In this document: one piece after another, positions 19,529 through 32,037 of the stretch
Position numbering within the stretch: the first letter of the stretch is position 1
How the letters are laid out: every line of letters starts with the position of its first letter
Origin: Takakia lepidozioides
Taxonomy: Eukaryota; Plantae; Bryophyta
DNA length: 64,000 nt
Direction of reading: 5' to 3'
Assembly (NCBI GenBank): GCA_030704615.1
Contig: CM060733.1
Span: 42,408,001 to 42,472,000 of the forward strand
Notes under the pieces: model-generated
Seen by the model: the letters and a program-made list of their open reading frames with translations, nothing else
Told to the model about the DNA's origin: nothing
Database searches by the model: none
Position numbers and translations under genes: made by a program

Positions 19529-21470
19529 TGATCCCTAACTCCACCTTATCCCGCCGCCTCCTTCACGTGATTATTTAGTAGCAAGCCAACAATATTTAAG
19601 ATCCTACAGCTTTTGGACATCAAGTATGGCGGCCACCGGGTCTTATCCCCTCTGTGCCACAGGCCCATCAACTTCTAAAAATATACTATACCTACGTGTT
19701 TTGTTTCTCAACCACCCTTTTAGCTGCATGCCACTTGCTAATATTTAATGTGGCCACTCTGTCCATTAAATCACCGCTGAGTCCCTTGTCTTATTTCAGC
19801 AGTATCATCCCATGTGATGAAGAATCAACTTTCTCATTAGTGTTTTCATCGCCCTGTCATCCTGCTAGCTCATCATCCATCCACTAATGCCAATTAGTGA
19901 TCTCATCCATGTTTGCCATCCAATTTTCCCACCGTTCATCCACTGATGAAAATTTATCAATTTCATCTTGTTAACTCCAATGATAAAGCGCGATTTCATC
20001 TCCCAGCACCCCATAACCCTAGCATCCTTTGTCTGTTTCTTGCATGCCTTCCGTGTTTCCCTCATTACCTCCCTTCGACCTACAGGTGTAAGTCCTCCGA
20101 TTTTAAGCTGTCTGGCCCTCCGGACAACGCTCACTCCACCTGCAGCAACTTTAAATTACGTCGTGATCTGCTCCATTGTTTCCCTCCACCGTCCTGCAAT
20201 ACACAAACTCAATCTGCCTCACTCCTTGTTCCTTCTTGGTGTTTGTCAACATAGGCTTGAAATTTGTATGGTCCCTCCCACGATGATTCCAAATTTCGCT
20301 TTCTCCCTGGTCGGATCATCATCACGAGCTTGCCATGCTGCAATTCTATAAGTCCCTTCTCATATCTATGTCGTTGCTTGTATGCTTTCCGTTGTGCTCC
20401 CTGTGCAGCAGTCACACTGTCCCTTAATGCACCCTCTAGCTCATGTATTATTTGTATCTTTCCTTCGATCATCTGTTGCATTGATGCCTGATCGTCGTTG
20501 AGCTCCACCAACTCGCCAATGCGTCGAAGTCGATTGTCGATCCCCAACCTCATCGTTCTTCCCGTGAGCACCATGTATGGTGAGAGACCTGTGGATGCTT
20601 GAATTCCCACACGATACCCAAAAGCTGCCTTGTAGAGTGCTCTATCCCATTTTTTGTTACCTTGTGTACTTAGAGCTAACATGCTTTCTTTGAGAGAACG
20701 AATTAACCGCTCCACCATCCCATTGCATTGCGGCCAATAGGGCGCTGACCTTTCGTGCTTGACTCCAAACTTTGTGCATGTGATTTCGAACTCCTTCGCC
20801 CACTCGGATCCATGATCAGTAAGCACCGCATGCGGCACTCCATACTTGTACATTACTTGTTCTTCAAAGAAACGACTGGCCAGCTCTGAGGTATGTTCAG
20901 CAACTGCAGCTACTTCAATCCACTTTGAAAAGTGATCTATTGCAATCAAAGCATATTTGTTGCCGTCACTCGAGACTAGCAGTGGCCCTGCTGTGTCTAA
21001 CGCGATTCGATAGAAGATGTCCCTGACAGGTATGCTTTGTAGTTCATTGGCTCTTGACCTCAAAGGAATAGAAGTCTTGGCAATTTGACACTGCAAACAT
21101 GTCTTGAGTACTTGTTTGATGATCCTTGTGCGATTGTGCCAAAAAAATGCTTGCACACCTCGTTGTGTACTCTTTTAATGCCATAATGTCCAATTTCCTC
21201 GTGGATGTCTCGAATAATCCGCTCCGGCTCCTTCTTCTCTGGTACCCATTTGCCTTTGAAGGTGAGCCTCCCTTTCACCAATTGATATTCTGCTGTCCTT
21301 TTCTTGATTCGTTTGATCTCCCTGTTGTCAAGGTAGTCATTTGTCTGTCCAAAGGTAATCATGTGCATAGCCTGCACATCATCCAATATGTCTGCATTGT
21401 TTTCTTCCTTTCTTTCTTCGGTATTTTCACACTCCCATTGGTCTTGCTATGCTGCTTGTAAAGAGGTTAG
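19529..21470 (-). mobile_element. Ty3/Gypsy remnant: probable 3' LTR (19529-20064), PPT and integrase
   Basis: HEEIGH..C..C zinc finger, IALDTAGP, LTDHGSEW, PQCNGMVER, WEGPY; TGA...TCA termini adjacent to GAAGGGAGGTAA. Confidence 0.85.
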
Positions 21471-21956
21471 CTATTTCATGAGCATGAGCGGTATGAGTGG
21501 CATGAGCGGAGTAGTAAGACAATTGGTTTTCATGAGCAGAAGTACAAATTTTGGAAATAAAAAACATTAAAAAAACATTAAAAAACATTGTTTTAATGGA
21601 ATGTGTCAGAAAAAAACAAAAAAGCCAATATAATATTCATTGTTTGAAGTAGAAATTGTAGTTTTGAGAGCAGTGCTCATGATATTTCGTCTTCCGCTCA
21701 TGCGAATTCCGAGCGACATCTGAAAAAATGGCGCCGAATTTCGCGGTAATAGGTTCCGCAAGCGGAGAAATCGGCGACGTATTGCGCGGTAATAGGTGTC
21801 TCCGGCGAAAAATGGTGCCGAATTTTGCGGTTATAGGTCCCAACTTGATTGAAGTGTAAGCCCAAAATTTGGAAATGTGGCGCTGAATTTCGGTACATGG
21901 TGTCGGGCATTGCACAAATGTTGGGCAGTTCTGGGCCATGTAACTAGAAATTCGGC

Positions 21957-23341
21957 GATCAACACATGATCACAGCATCTCTTTCAGATCCACCATCTCA
22001 AACCTCTTTGAGATATCACTTTGTCTTTTCGACAAAGACTGATCATTAACACATGATCACATGGTCTCTTTTAGATCCACCATCTCAAACTTCATTGAGA
22101 TATCGCTTTGTCTTTTTCAACAAAGCCTGATCAACACATGATCACAAGATCTCTTTCAGATCCACCATCTCAAACCTCTTTGAGATATCACTTTGTCATT
22201 TCAACAAAGACTGATCATTAACACATGATCACATGATCTTTTTCAGATCCACCATTTCAAACCTCTTTGAGATATCACTTTGTCTTTGTTTCAACAAAGT
22301 CAATTTGTCACAACCACTATCTCAATCTCATTTGAGATATTGACACTTTGTATGTGTTTCAACAGAGTCAAGTCATTAGAGACCAAAATCAGATCATCAA
22401 CGTACAATGTTATGATCACAAAAGAGTTTCCATGAGCCCTCTTATATAGTAAACACTATAATCAGCAGAGCTCCTCTCAAACTCTTCATCCATGAAATAT
22501 GCATCAATCTTAGCATTCCATGCCCTAGGGGATTGCTTCAAACCATACAAGGACTTGAGGAGCTTACACACCATCATTTCCTTCCTTTTTACAGCAAATC
22601 CCTCGAGCTAGTCCATGTATATTTCTTCCATAAGATCTCCATTGAGAAAGGCTGTACATACATCCATCTGATGTACCTCAAGATTTTCAACAGCAGCAAA
22701 CGCTAGAATCACTCGAATTGACTCCATCCGTGCAACAGGGGAGAAGGTTTAATTGTAATCAATACCTTCAATTTGCGAAAAATCCCTTTGCAACCAAGCG
22801 CGCTTTGTACCTTGCTACAGAACCCTCTGCATTGTACTTAATCTTGAAAATCCATTTGCAGCCAACAGACTGCCGTCCAGATGGAAGTTGAACAAGACTC
22901 CAAGTCTTATTATCCTGAAGAGACTTAAACTCAGATGCCATAGCTTTCTTCCAGTGTGAAGAGTTCACACTCCTCATTGCATCTGACACACTTTGAGGTT
23001 CATCATTGTCAACGAAATAGGCAGAATATACCTTTGAGGGTTTTTCAATCACAGTAGATTGTACCTCCTCCATTTGAACCTCAACTATCTCTTCAACAAT
23101 CTTCTCTTCCATTTTATCTTCATGTGTTAGAGCCAAGTTCTTTTTTTCATGGTCCAAAATTTGAACTATTGTTTCCTGATGAAAGTTCCTGGACTCGTTG
23201 AATATCACATCACGACTAATGATCACATACTTGCTCTCAGGGTTATACAACTTCTACCCTTTGGTTTCTTCACAATAACCAATGAAGATACACTTGATTG
23301 CTTTTGCATCCAATTTCTTCCTTACTTCTTTTTGAACATGG
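21957..23341 (-). mobile_element. Ty1/Copia RT fragment with four tandem ~80-bp repeats (21957-22300)
   Basis: WKKAMASEFKSLQDNKTW, VGCKWIFKIK, RYKARLVAKGF; duplicate of 55307-56691. Confidence 0.88.
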
Positions 23342-24860
23342 CAATGGATAGGCCTCCTGCCATGTTTGGTACACACACTCGCCTGCTACTCGATGCAAAT
23401 TGCCAACTGTACCCCACAGTGGAATATGAACAAGCACATGAGGAAGCAAATCAGCCTTGTATGCCAATTGTTTATCCTCATCAGGTGGTGGCCTATCATT
23501 TGCATGGCTATTGCCCTCCAAGAGCTCACCACCCCAAGCCACTACCCTTGAGAATGCAGCCAATATGGGCATCATGTTCCCATAATCCACCGCTACATTC
23601 CCAATAAACCGCACTGGGAGCAGTGCACGTTGACCATCCCCTGACTGCCATTCCGACCTGTAGGATACCGTTTCCTCCCAAAAGTCCAAAGTAAAGCCCA
23701 TCGGGTATAACACAGCCCCACCAACAAACACATCATAAGACATCGCGTCCGTAATAATGGCTTTCGCTCTCATGACAGAGCCATCTGTAGGATGATCTGG
23801 CTGCAATCAAATGAAAAGCTCATGGCGTATAATCCCTCGTGCCTTCTCTGAACCACCCAAAGATGTTTGAATTTGGAAAGGGCAAGGCTCCAAATCCGCC
23901 TCTGTAAGGCCCAAGCCTACAATTGCTGCTCTCCCCAACATCAATGGTTGTGCTCTTGAGTCCAACAAGACCCGCAGTGGCCTATACTTCTTCTCGGCTG
24001 GGCCACCCAACTGAAACACACCATCCTGATTGTCCACCAGGACTACCCCAGGAGTCACCATACTACGCTCAATGGCTGGTCTAGCTGGCAACTCCTGCAA
24101 CCTTGCAGCTGCCGCTTGTCATGGCGCAGCTGTGGCTGTCTTCACCCTTGAATCTAGGGCATCCATGCACTACACCTGATCCGCTATCCCCGCAGATAGT
24201 GTCGATGCATCACCACTCTCACATTGAAGTGCAGCTGTCAGTTTAAACATTGCAGCTGGCTGCATCCCCGACATTGCAATTGTCGTGGCAAAAAACAATG
24301 GAGTTTGGCAAATTGTCGTAGCCGCCCCCAACAATGTACTGGCTGCACCTTGCTTTGCAGTACCACCCACTGGCATTTCCCGAGCCATACCAACTCTCCC
24401 CAATGGCACTCATGCCTCTACCTCTGACACACTTGGGCGAGCTCGTGCCATCGATGGCATAGTTGGCACTGTCTCAGCCAATGTGAAAGACTGTGGAAGC
24501 CTTGTTTGCCGACTTGCTTCCCCTCTTTGTGGATCAAAATCCATATCCGCTCCTCTTGGCTCAGGAGCACGCGTTGCTACTCGAGTGACAGCAGCTGTAG
24601 AGTCCACATGCAATGGTCTTGCAAGTGCGGCTCCACATATGAAGCCCATACCAATTTGGTCTTCCCTAGGCATAGGAGGTTGTGCAGATGGGGCTTGAAC
24701 CTCGAGGCTTGGAGCTGGCGCAACATGAGTAATGGCTATGGTAGCAAGACGTTGCTCTAGCTAGGCAAGCCTATCCACCATGTCTTGGTCATGACCTTGA
24801 CCCTGACCCTGTACTCTTTGGTTTTGGTTACGACCTCCACCACGACCTCTGCCTCCTCTA
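23342..24860 (-). mobile_element. Degenerate gag/aspartic-protease-like retroelement fragment
   Basis: RVLLDSRAQPLMLG...YDVFVGG resembles a retropepsin; multiple stops. Confidence 0.55.
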
Positions 24861-27846
24861 CCTCTCTGGAATAAATCTCCTTAGACTCTTAACATTCACT
24901 GGTGGTGGAGAGGCTTTAATGGCCTCTGTTTTCCTGGGATCCACAAGAAGTCCCCTCTTACACACAATGTGTCCCAGAAGCACCCCTGAGTTCACACAGA
25001 AAGTACACTTCTCTGGATTCAGGCCCAGACCTCTCATCCTGCATCTGGCCAGACATAACTCCAATTTATGCAAGTGCTCATTCTTAGAGCTATACACACT
25101 AAAATCATCCAAGAACACCTGCATGAAATCATCCAGATACTCATGAAAAGATTCACTTATCACTCTCTGAAAGGTTGCTGGTGCATTACAAATTCCAAAG
25201 GGCATGACTTTGTATGCATAAGCACCCCAGTCTGTGATGAAAGCTGTCTTTCCTTGGTCTTCTTCTGCCACTTGCACTTGATTATAACCACTGAAGCCAT
25301 CCATGAATGAGTACATCTCATGGCCTGCCACAGTGTCCAATACTGCTTCTTGTGAATGGCAAAGGGAAAGGATCTTTCTTCGTACAAGCATTCAGCTTCT
25401 TGTAGTTCACACAAACTCTTAGTTTACCATTCTTCTTGGGAACTATCACAATGGGTGACAACCAAGTTGTATACTCTATTAGGTATATAAACTTAGCCTC
25501 AGCCAACTTCTTGATCTCTTCTCCAACCTTCTGTGCGTAGTTGGGATTCATTCTGTACCTTGCCTGCTTGATTGGTACTGACCCTGGTTCCAGTTCAATC
25601 TTATGCTGACAGATTTCAGGTGGTATCCCTTTTAGATCCTCATAGCTCCAAGCAAATACATCTCTGTATTTGATGAACAAACTCTTAGCTTCTTCAAAGA
25701 ATTCTGGCTCCAAATCAGCTCCTACCTTCACCATCCTCGGTTCCTCTTTAGTTCCCACATTGACTTTCCCCACTTGCTCATCAGTTGTGATTGTCCAACC
25801 AGTCACCACTTCATCCTGTAAACTCACAATGGCTGGTTCCTCTAGGATTTCCATTTCTCCTTCTTTTTCTTCATAGAAATGTGATGGGTAACTGCTGGTT
25901 TCCTCTTCAATTGGTGTTGCTAACACTACACCACAGCAGATACCTCTTAAACAACTTAGGCTTTCCAGCCGCATCTCTGCAACCTGCTCCCACTCTGGGT
26001 GTGCAGCAAACAGGGTAGCTTCCTGCTCCTCATCCAGTCCTCCTCTCCAGTCATACTCTCTGACCCCTCAAGGTCTTCTCGTAGCAGGTAATCTACTAGA
26101 TTTCTTTGTGGTAATTTGTATCTCGTGCATCCCATTATGCACGGTTAGTAACTGAAAATTCCAGTCATGGAATACCCTGGTCTGTTTAAGCCACCGACGT
26201 CCCAATAATAAGGAGTAAGCCTCCATGACTTCATCCATCTTCAACACAGTTACTGTGATCATAAAGATCATCTTCTATATCTGTATCTTAACTCCTCTTA
26301 TTAATCCCAATGGCTGTACACTTCTTTGATCTGCCATTGTTACTGTAAATGAGGGTGGTTTCATGTTACTTAGGCCAAGCTTCTTTCTTAATTGGTCTGT
26401 CATGATATTTACTCCCGAGCCTCCATCTATCACTACATCAGTTAGTTCTATGCTTCCAATTCTCAATTGGATTACTGGCATAGAATCATCAAAGTCCATG
26501 ACTGTTTCTCGCCCTTCCGGCTTCACATTATAACTGGTCACATTGCTGTTCAGGTCTGTGTTTCCTGTCTTCTGGGCAATTCGATTGATTGCTTGATACA
26601 GCCTGTGTCTACAATAAGGTGCCACAGCCAATAGCTGTCCAATGGTAATCTCTGTTTTGGTCAGGCGTATTACTTCAGCCAAAGTCCCTTCATTATTTTG
26701 CATATCTGCATCTTCTTTCTTCCTTTCATCCTCACTCACTTCTTCTTCTCCATCAGAATCAGAAGAATCTGCCACAGGAATATCAGTACTCTTCTGCATT
26801 TCCCTTATGGTATCTGTCACTTCCTTGTGCAGTTCCTTCTCATCTCTCCAAGCCTCATCATCTTCAGGCATATCACTGCCACCTTCATTATCATCCTCTT
26901 CCTCAACTACTGGAGGTATTAGTTTGGCTTTGCTTCTTATTACTATCATTGTACTTACTTCTGGTACAACACATGGCCTAACCATGTGAGCTGCCACCAC
27001 TGGGCCCTCATTCACAGGAGCTCTCATCTCATTTTGGTGTCTAATCCAGAATGAATAGGTTGCCTTGCGATGTCTTGGCTGATTACAATAGTAACATAGT
27101 TCTTCACCATTGGGTCCTCGCCCTTGGTCTGTTCTTGGATTATTTCTGTAATCCTGATTCCCGGGCTGGTAATTCCCCCTTGGATTACCCTGATAGTTGC
27201 CTCTGGAATTTCCTTGGTAATTCCCTCTTGAATTACCTCTCCCTTCCATGCCGTTGTTATAACCACCAGACCTACCATAGTGGTCCTGATCATTGTTTCT
27301 TCTTGGCTGGGGCTGCACCTGATGCACCCTTACTTGCCTAGGTTCTCTTGCAGCTGTCCTTCTGTTGTAGTAACAATTCTCAGTAGAATGGTTATCCATT
27401 TTACAGATAGTAGAGTTTTTCTCCTTCATGTGGCATTCAGTGGTGGTATGGCCTTCATTCTGGCACTTTGCACACCATACACCCTTCCTCCAATGTGTTG
27501 CAGCCTCTGTGGCATACTTCTTCAAGATTTCTTCTAATCTTTTCTCATAGTTATCCCTCTTCAACTTCTCCTTTATCTTACTCTTCCTTTTCAGTTCTTG
27601 CTCTTCTTCTTCATCTGACTCATCCTCAGGGTCCTCATCATCCCTTTTCACTCTCCTGAGCATTCCCAATTGCTCAATTCTGTTTGCCGTTTCAAATGCA
27701 TCCTCCACTGTATTATGGGGTAACATATCCACTTTCTTCTACAACTCTGGTCTTAGTCCACTCACAAACCAAGTCTTCTGTAAACCTGGTGCTGGTACAG
27801 CAGCCAACTTTTTCATCATCAATTCCATCTTTTCCATATACTCCTC
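24861..27846 (-). mobile_element. Ty3/Gypsy family D gag-PR-RT fragment
   Basis: CCHC knuckles (WCAKCQNEGH, CYYCNQPRH), VIDGGSGVN protease, MDGFSGYNQ, MPFGICNAPATFQR, FLDDF. Confidence 0.92.
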
Positions 27847-27849
27847 AAC

Positions 27850-30686
27850 AGTTTTGTAGTGTGAATGCAGGGAGTAAAAATCTCAAGTTTGTGTTTGGCA
27901 TCAGGTTTCGGCACTACTACGAAGGGAGTACCCTTCGTGCTAATGAAGGGGAGGAATTGACCATAACTTGAGGTAATTCCATGGAAGGACTATGCTATTT
28001 ATCTGCCAAGAACAAAATATGGCTAAGTTATGACATGCACCTTTTTCATCCCTAGGATGAATGATTTTCATCCATGATGTTGAACCCTAGAAGCGGGATG
28101 TGAAATTCGAAGGGGAAGAGTGCGTGGATCTTTTCGCAGCTGCTGCAGTGGTGTTGACAGCACAGGATATCTGAGAAGGTTCCACCTACGCAAAGGGTAT
28201 CAGCTTGCTTTTAAGAGAAATGTTAAGAGCTCCTGCTTGGCTTTCTGTGCAAGAAGAAGCGGTGCCGCCTTCTTCGTAAGCAATGATCAAACCTGAGGGA
28301 TCGGGTTTGTGATAAGGCGGTGCACCACTGCTGTCGCCATGGTATTGTGAGCACATTAATGAGGAGATGGAGTGGCTCAGCAGGTGTTGGGGGATGAGAA
28401 ATGCAGGCTGGTGTGTATTATCGCCTCAGGTTGTCAGTGATCAAATCTTGTAGCTGCTGTCTGTTTTTGAGCTGTAGGACCAGATCACTTTGTAAGGGAA
28501 TCAGCTTGCCTTAAAGAGTGACGTTGAGGGATCTGGCTTGGCTTTCTGTGCAAGAGGAAGCGGTGCCGCCTTCTGGTGTGTATGGCGCTTAAGCTATCTA
28601 TAAATAAGTTATGTATCTGCTCTCTGTCTTAAGGGCTGTAGGACCAGATCACCTCATAGGGAGGAAATGCACATGTAGAAGGATAGGGTAGAGGTTGGCA
28701 GGCACAAGGATGTGCCAGCAGCTGAAGCAGAGCCGTCATGCCTTAATGAGGACTGGAATCACGATAAGAAGAAACGTCGGAGATGGCTGACGAGGAGAGG
28801 ATAAGGTGCCTTCTTGACAGGCAGACCCACCACTTCAAGGAGTATAAGACAGATAAGTTTGAGGAGTGTTGGCCCCCTTTTTTGGGTTTTTGGTTGCTTA
28901 GAAATCGCTTTGTGAAGTTTGAACTGTCTCTTGTATGTAGTAAGAGACACTGACATGTGAGGAAGAAAAAGAGCTTTGTAAATGGAATGAAGACACTGGA
29001 CTTCAAATCAGGATGGGCTGGAGATGGATGCACCTGCTATTACATTGTACAGTAGGAAAATGAATGGAAACAGGGTAGACTCGTTGCTGGGACAGAATGG
29101 TTACTGTTGTTGTATTCTTGTTCCTTGTTTCAACGTCATGAGCTTGTACAAACAATCTAGCCTGGGTGTTGACACATTGCAGCCAATGTGGAACTAGCTT
29201 AGTAGGTAGAGGAAACCAGAGAGGGTTAGATAGAACTGTTTGGAAACAACAAGAAGGGATGATGTGGATGGGGCAGAAAAACCAGCATCTGTTTGGGTTT
29301 GGATCTGATTCTCAGAGTGCTCTCAGCCCATGAACCACTGAGGTTCACAGCTGATGGGAAAAAGAGAGCTGTCAGGGTGTGTAAATTTGAGACCTGTAGA
29401 AGGGTTGAGAGCTGTCTTGGGCAATGGTTATACCTGGGAAAAAGTGGAGTGTGAAGCATCTGTCATTGGCAAGAGAGGGACTGATAAAGGGTGATTATAT
29501 CTTGTGTGACCAAGGTTGATTTCAATGCTGGGTGCACTGGATGCTTGGCTGAATGCGCATTGCATTGCATCATAGGCATGTTACAGTGGAAAGAGTGAGG
29601 AGCCCACTTATCCTGAAAGAAAGAGAGAGGGAGAAAGGACACAAGGGAGAGAGTTTGACCAGCAAGAGGTTATGATGAGGAATGGATGATTGGGGAGGTA
29701 AGATAAAGAAAGCATGAAACCATGAAGGGCCAAACTGGTGGGCCTGCAAACTCATGGCAGATCTGCGTTGCCGCCTTCCAAATCGTGATCTTGTTACAAA
29801 GGGATTCCACGTATAGTTGACCAAGAGAGCTGCCCACAAGGGCAGTGGTCATCACTGACGTAGGGCTGGTTGCATCACTGAAGACCGCATGGTAACATGG
29901 CTGGTGCAGTGTATCAGGGAAAGGATGTCGTGTAGAAGTAGAACCACGGTGAAAACAATACAGACTCCCATCCATGTCTTCTCTTCCGCTGCGGCGTGGA
30001 TGAGGATTGTGCGAACTCTGATCACGAAGGACCTGATGGAAACCCACACCGAGTGACGATGGTTGGATCAGCTGAGAGGAGAGCTCCTTTCCTTCCCTCC
30101 GATTGACCTAGGGAAGAGCACAACTAGACTTGCACAGAAGGGGATTTCACCCCCTTCTTTTGGTATCAGAGCTTTAGGATGTTAAATCTTGATTTCTACT
30201 AGCTAGGGATCTTGACTGGTATTGGATGGTTTGATGGCAGGAAGAGACCACACACTGATTCCTGATGAACCAAGCATTGGAGATGTGCTGATTTGCTTCA
30301 GCAGACGCACACCAAATGCACACGCAGACCCTTGTTTGTACTTCTTCAACCCTGCTTGGAGAATAGCCAATGGTGATTTATGTCTTAGAGTGATTCATAC
30401 TGGTGGAAGAACAACCATAGCACTTTGGATAAGAGAGTTAGGAAGGTGGGTGAAGATAAATACCATGGCACGAGAGGTGACATGGGGAGGTAGAGTAGAG
30501 ATGTTGCGAAATGGACAGTGGGAGTGGTATAGAGGTCAACATTAAGGGAGTTGCGGAAAATTAGAGTCAGAATTAGGTGTTGAAACAGTTTGAACTTTGA
30601 TTAGAGAATAGAAGGATGACCAGTCCAACCAGCATAGATGCGCCTTATCATGGTAGGAATAGTGAGGATGTAAATGACTGGCTGGA
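27850..30686 (+). mobile_element. Probable long LTR, tRNA-iMet PBS (30161-30172) and 5' internal region of another LTR element
   Basis: TGGTATCAGAGC; upstream non-coding region with internal direct repeats (28198/28500). LTR limits uncertain. Confidence 0.5.
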
Positions 30687-31186
30687 NNNNNNNNNNNNNN
30701 NNNNNNNNNNNNNNNNNNNNNNNNNNNNNNNNNNNNNNNNNNNNNNNNNNNNNNNNNNNNNNNNNNNNNNNNNNNNNNNNNNNNNNNNNNNNNNNNNNNN
30801 NNNNNNNNNNNNNNNNNNNNNNNNNNNNNNNNNNNNNNNNNNNNNNNNNNNNNNNNNNNNNNNNNNNNNNNNNNNNNNNNNNNNNNNNNNNNNNNNNNNN
30901 NNNNNNNNNNNNNNNNNNNNNNNNNNNNNNNNNNNNNNNNNNNNNNNNNNNNNNNNNNNNNNNNNNNNNNNNNNNNNNNNNNNNNNNNNNNNNNNNNNNN
31001 NNNNNNNNNNNNNNNNNNNNNNNNNNNNNNNNNNNNNNNNNNNNNNNNNNNNNNNNNNNNNNNNNNNNNNNNNNNNNNNNNNNNNNNNNNNNNNNNNNNN
31101 NNNNNNNNNNNNNNNNNNNNNNNNNNNNNNNNNNNNNNNNNNNNNNNNNNNNNNNNNNNNNNNNNNNNNNNNNNNNNNNNNNNNNN
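30687..31186. other. Assembly gap (500 N)
   Basis: Run of N. Confidence 1.
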
Positions 31187-32030
31187 TGCTTCATCAATTT
31201 TATCGGATTCCATCAACTCATCAATTCATTCCACAGCTTCACTCAGATCTCTCTACACAGTGTGAGTATGAGGTGTGTATCAGATTAATATCTATCAAGT
31301 ATCAGGCTGAAGTCATGGAGTCTCTAATCTGCTCTACATTACAATTCTACTGCCTGCATTCATTAAGCATCAACAGATCCTCCTCCTACTCCGTGCTCTC
31401 CCTCTTTCTGCTCAGAGATACGCTCTCTCCTCCTTTCCCCCAGTGATGTCCGAAGTCTTCCCCAAGAAGTGCTCCTCCCACTCCTTCCAGCAGTGATTCT
31501 TCCCCCGAAGTCATCCAAGAAAATCCCCTTTTTCAGTCCTTGCTCCTAGCTTTATCTTCCTACCCGTTGTTCTAACCGTTTCCCTCACTAACCGTCGTCC
31601 GTGAACTAACATGTTCCATTCGCAGGTGTTGTTCCCCACAGTCGTTCCCTGTCCTGCTATCCGTTCCCTATGGTCGTGACAGCTGTGTCAAGTTGTGACT
31701 GGCTGTGTGAAACTGTGACCGGCTGTGACCGGCTGTGTCGGGCTGTGGCTGGCTGTGCGACTGTGTTTGGCTGTGTCGGGCTGTGACTGGCTGTGTGGCT
31801 GTGTCGGCTGTGACGGGCTATGTTGGCTGTGATGGGCTGTGTCGGGCTGTGACTGGCTGTGTGGCTGTGTCGGCTATGACGAGCTGTGTTGACTGTGACG
31901 AGCTGTGTAACCCTCCCTAAAGTGCGCTGCTGTCACCCGTAAGGCTCCTGTTGGTCTCAGTCTGTGCAAAAATTAAGGGTACCCCACAGATCCCCGTATA
32001 AGTGTCTAAGTCCCAGACAGTCCTCTAACA
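31187..32030 (-). mobile_element. Partial LTR of Gypsy family D (contains GCTGTG-rich minisatellite 31680-31910)
   Basis: Colinear with 36543-37277; ends CCTCTAACA. Confidence 0.85.
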
Positions 32031-32037
32031 GACAGTC

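Noticed and set aside
30542-31446. ORFs spanning 30.5-31.4 kb
   Set aside because: Artefacts of translating through the N gap.
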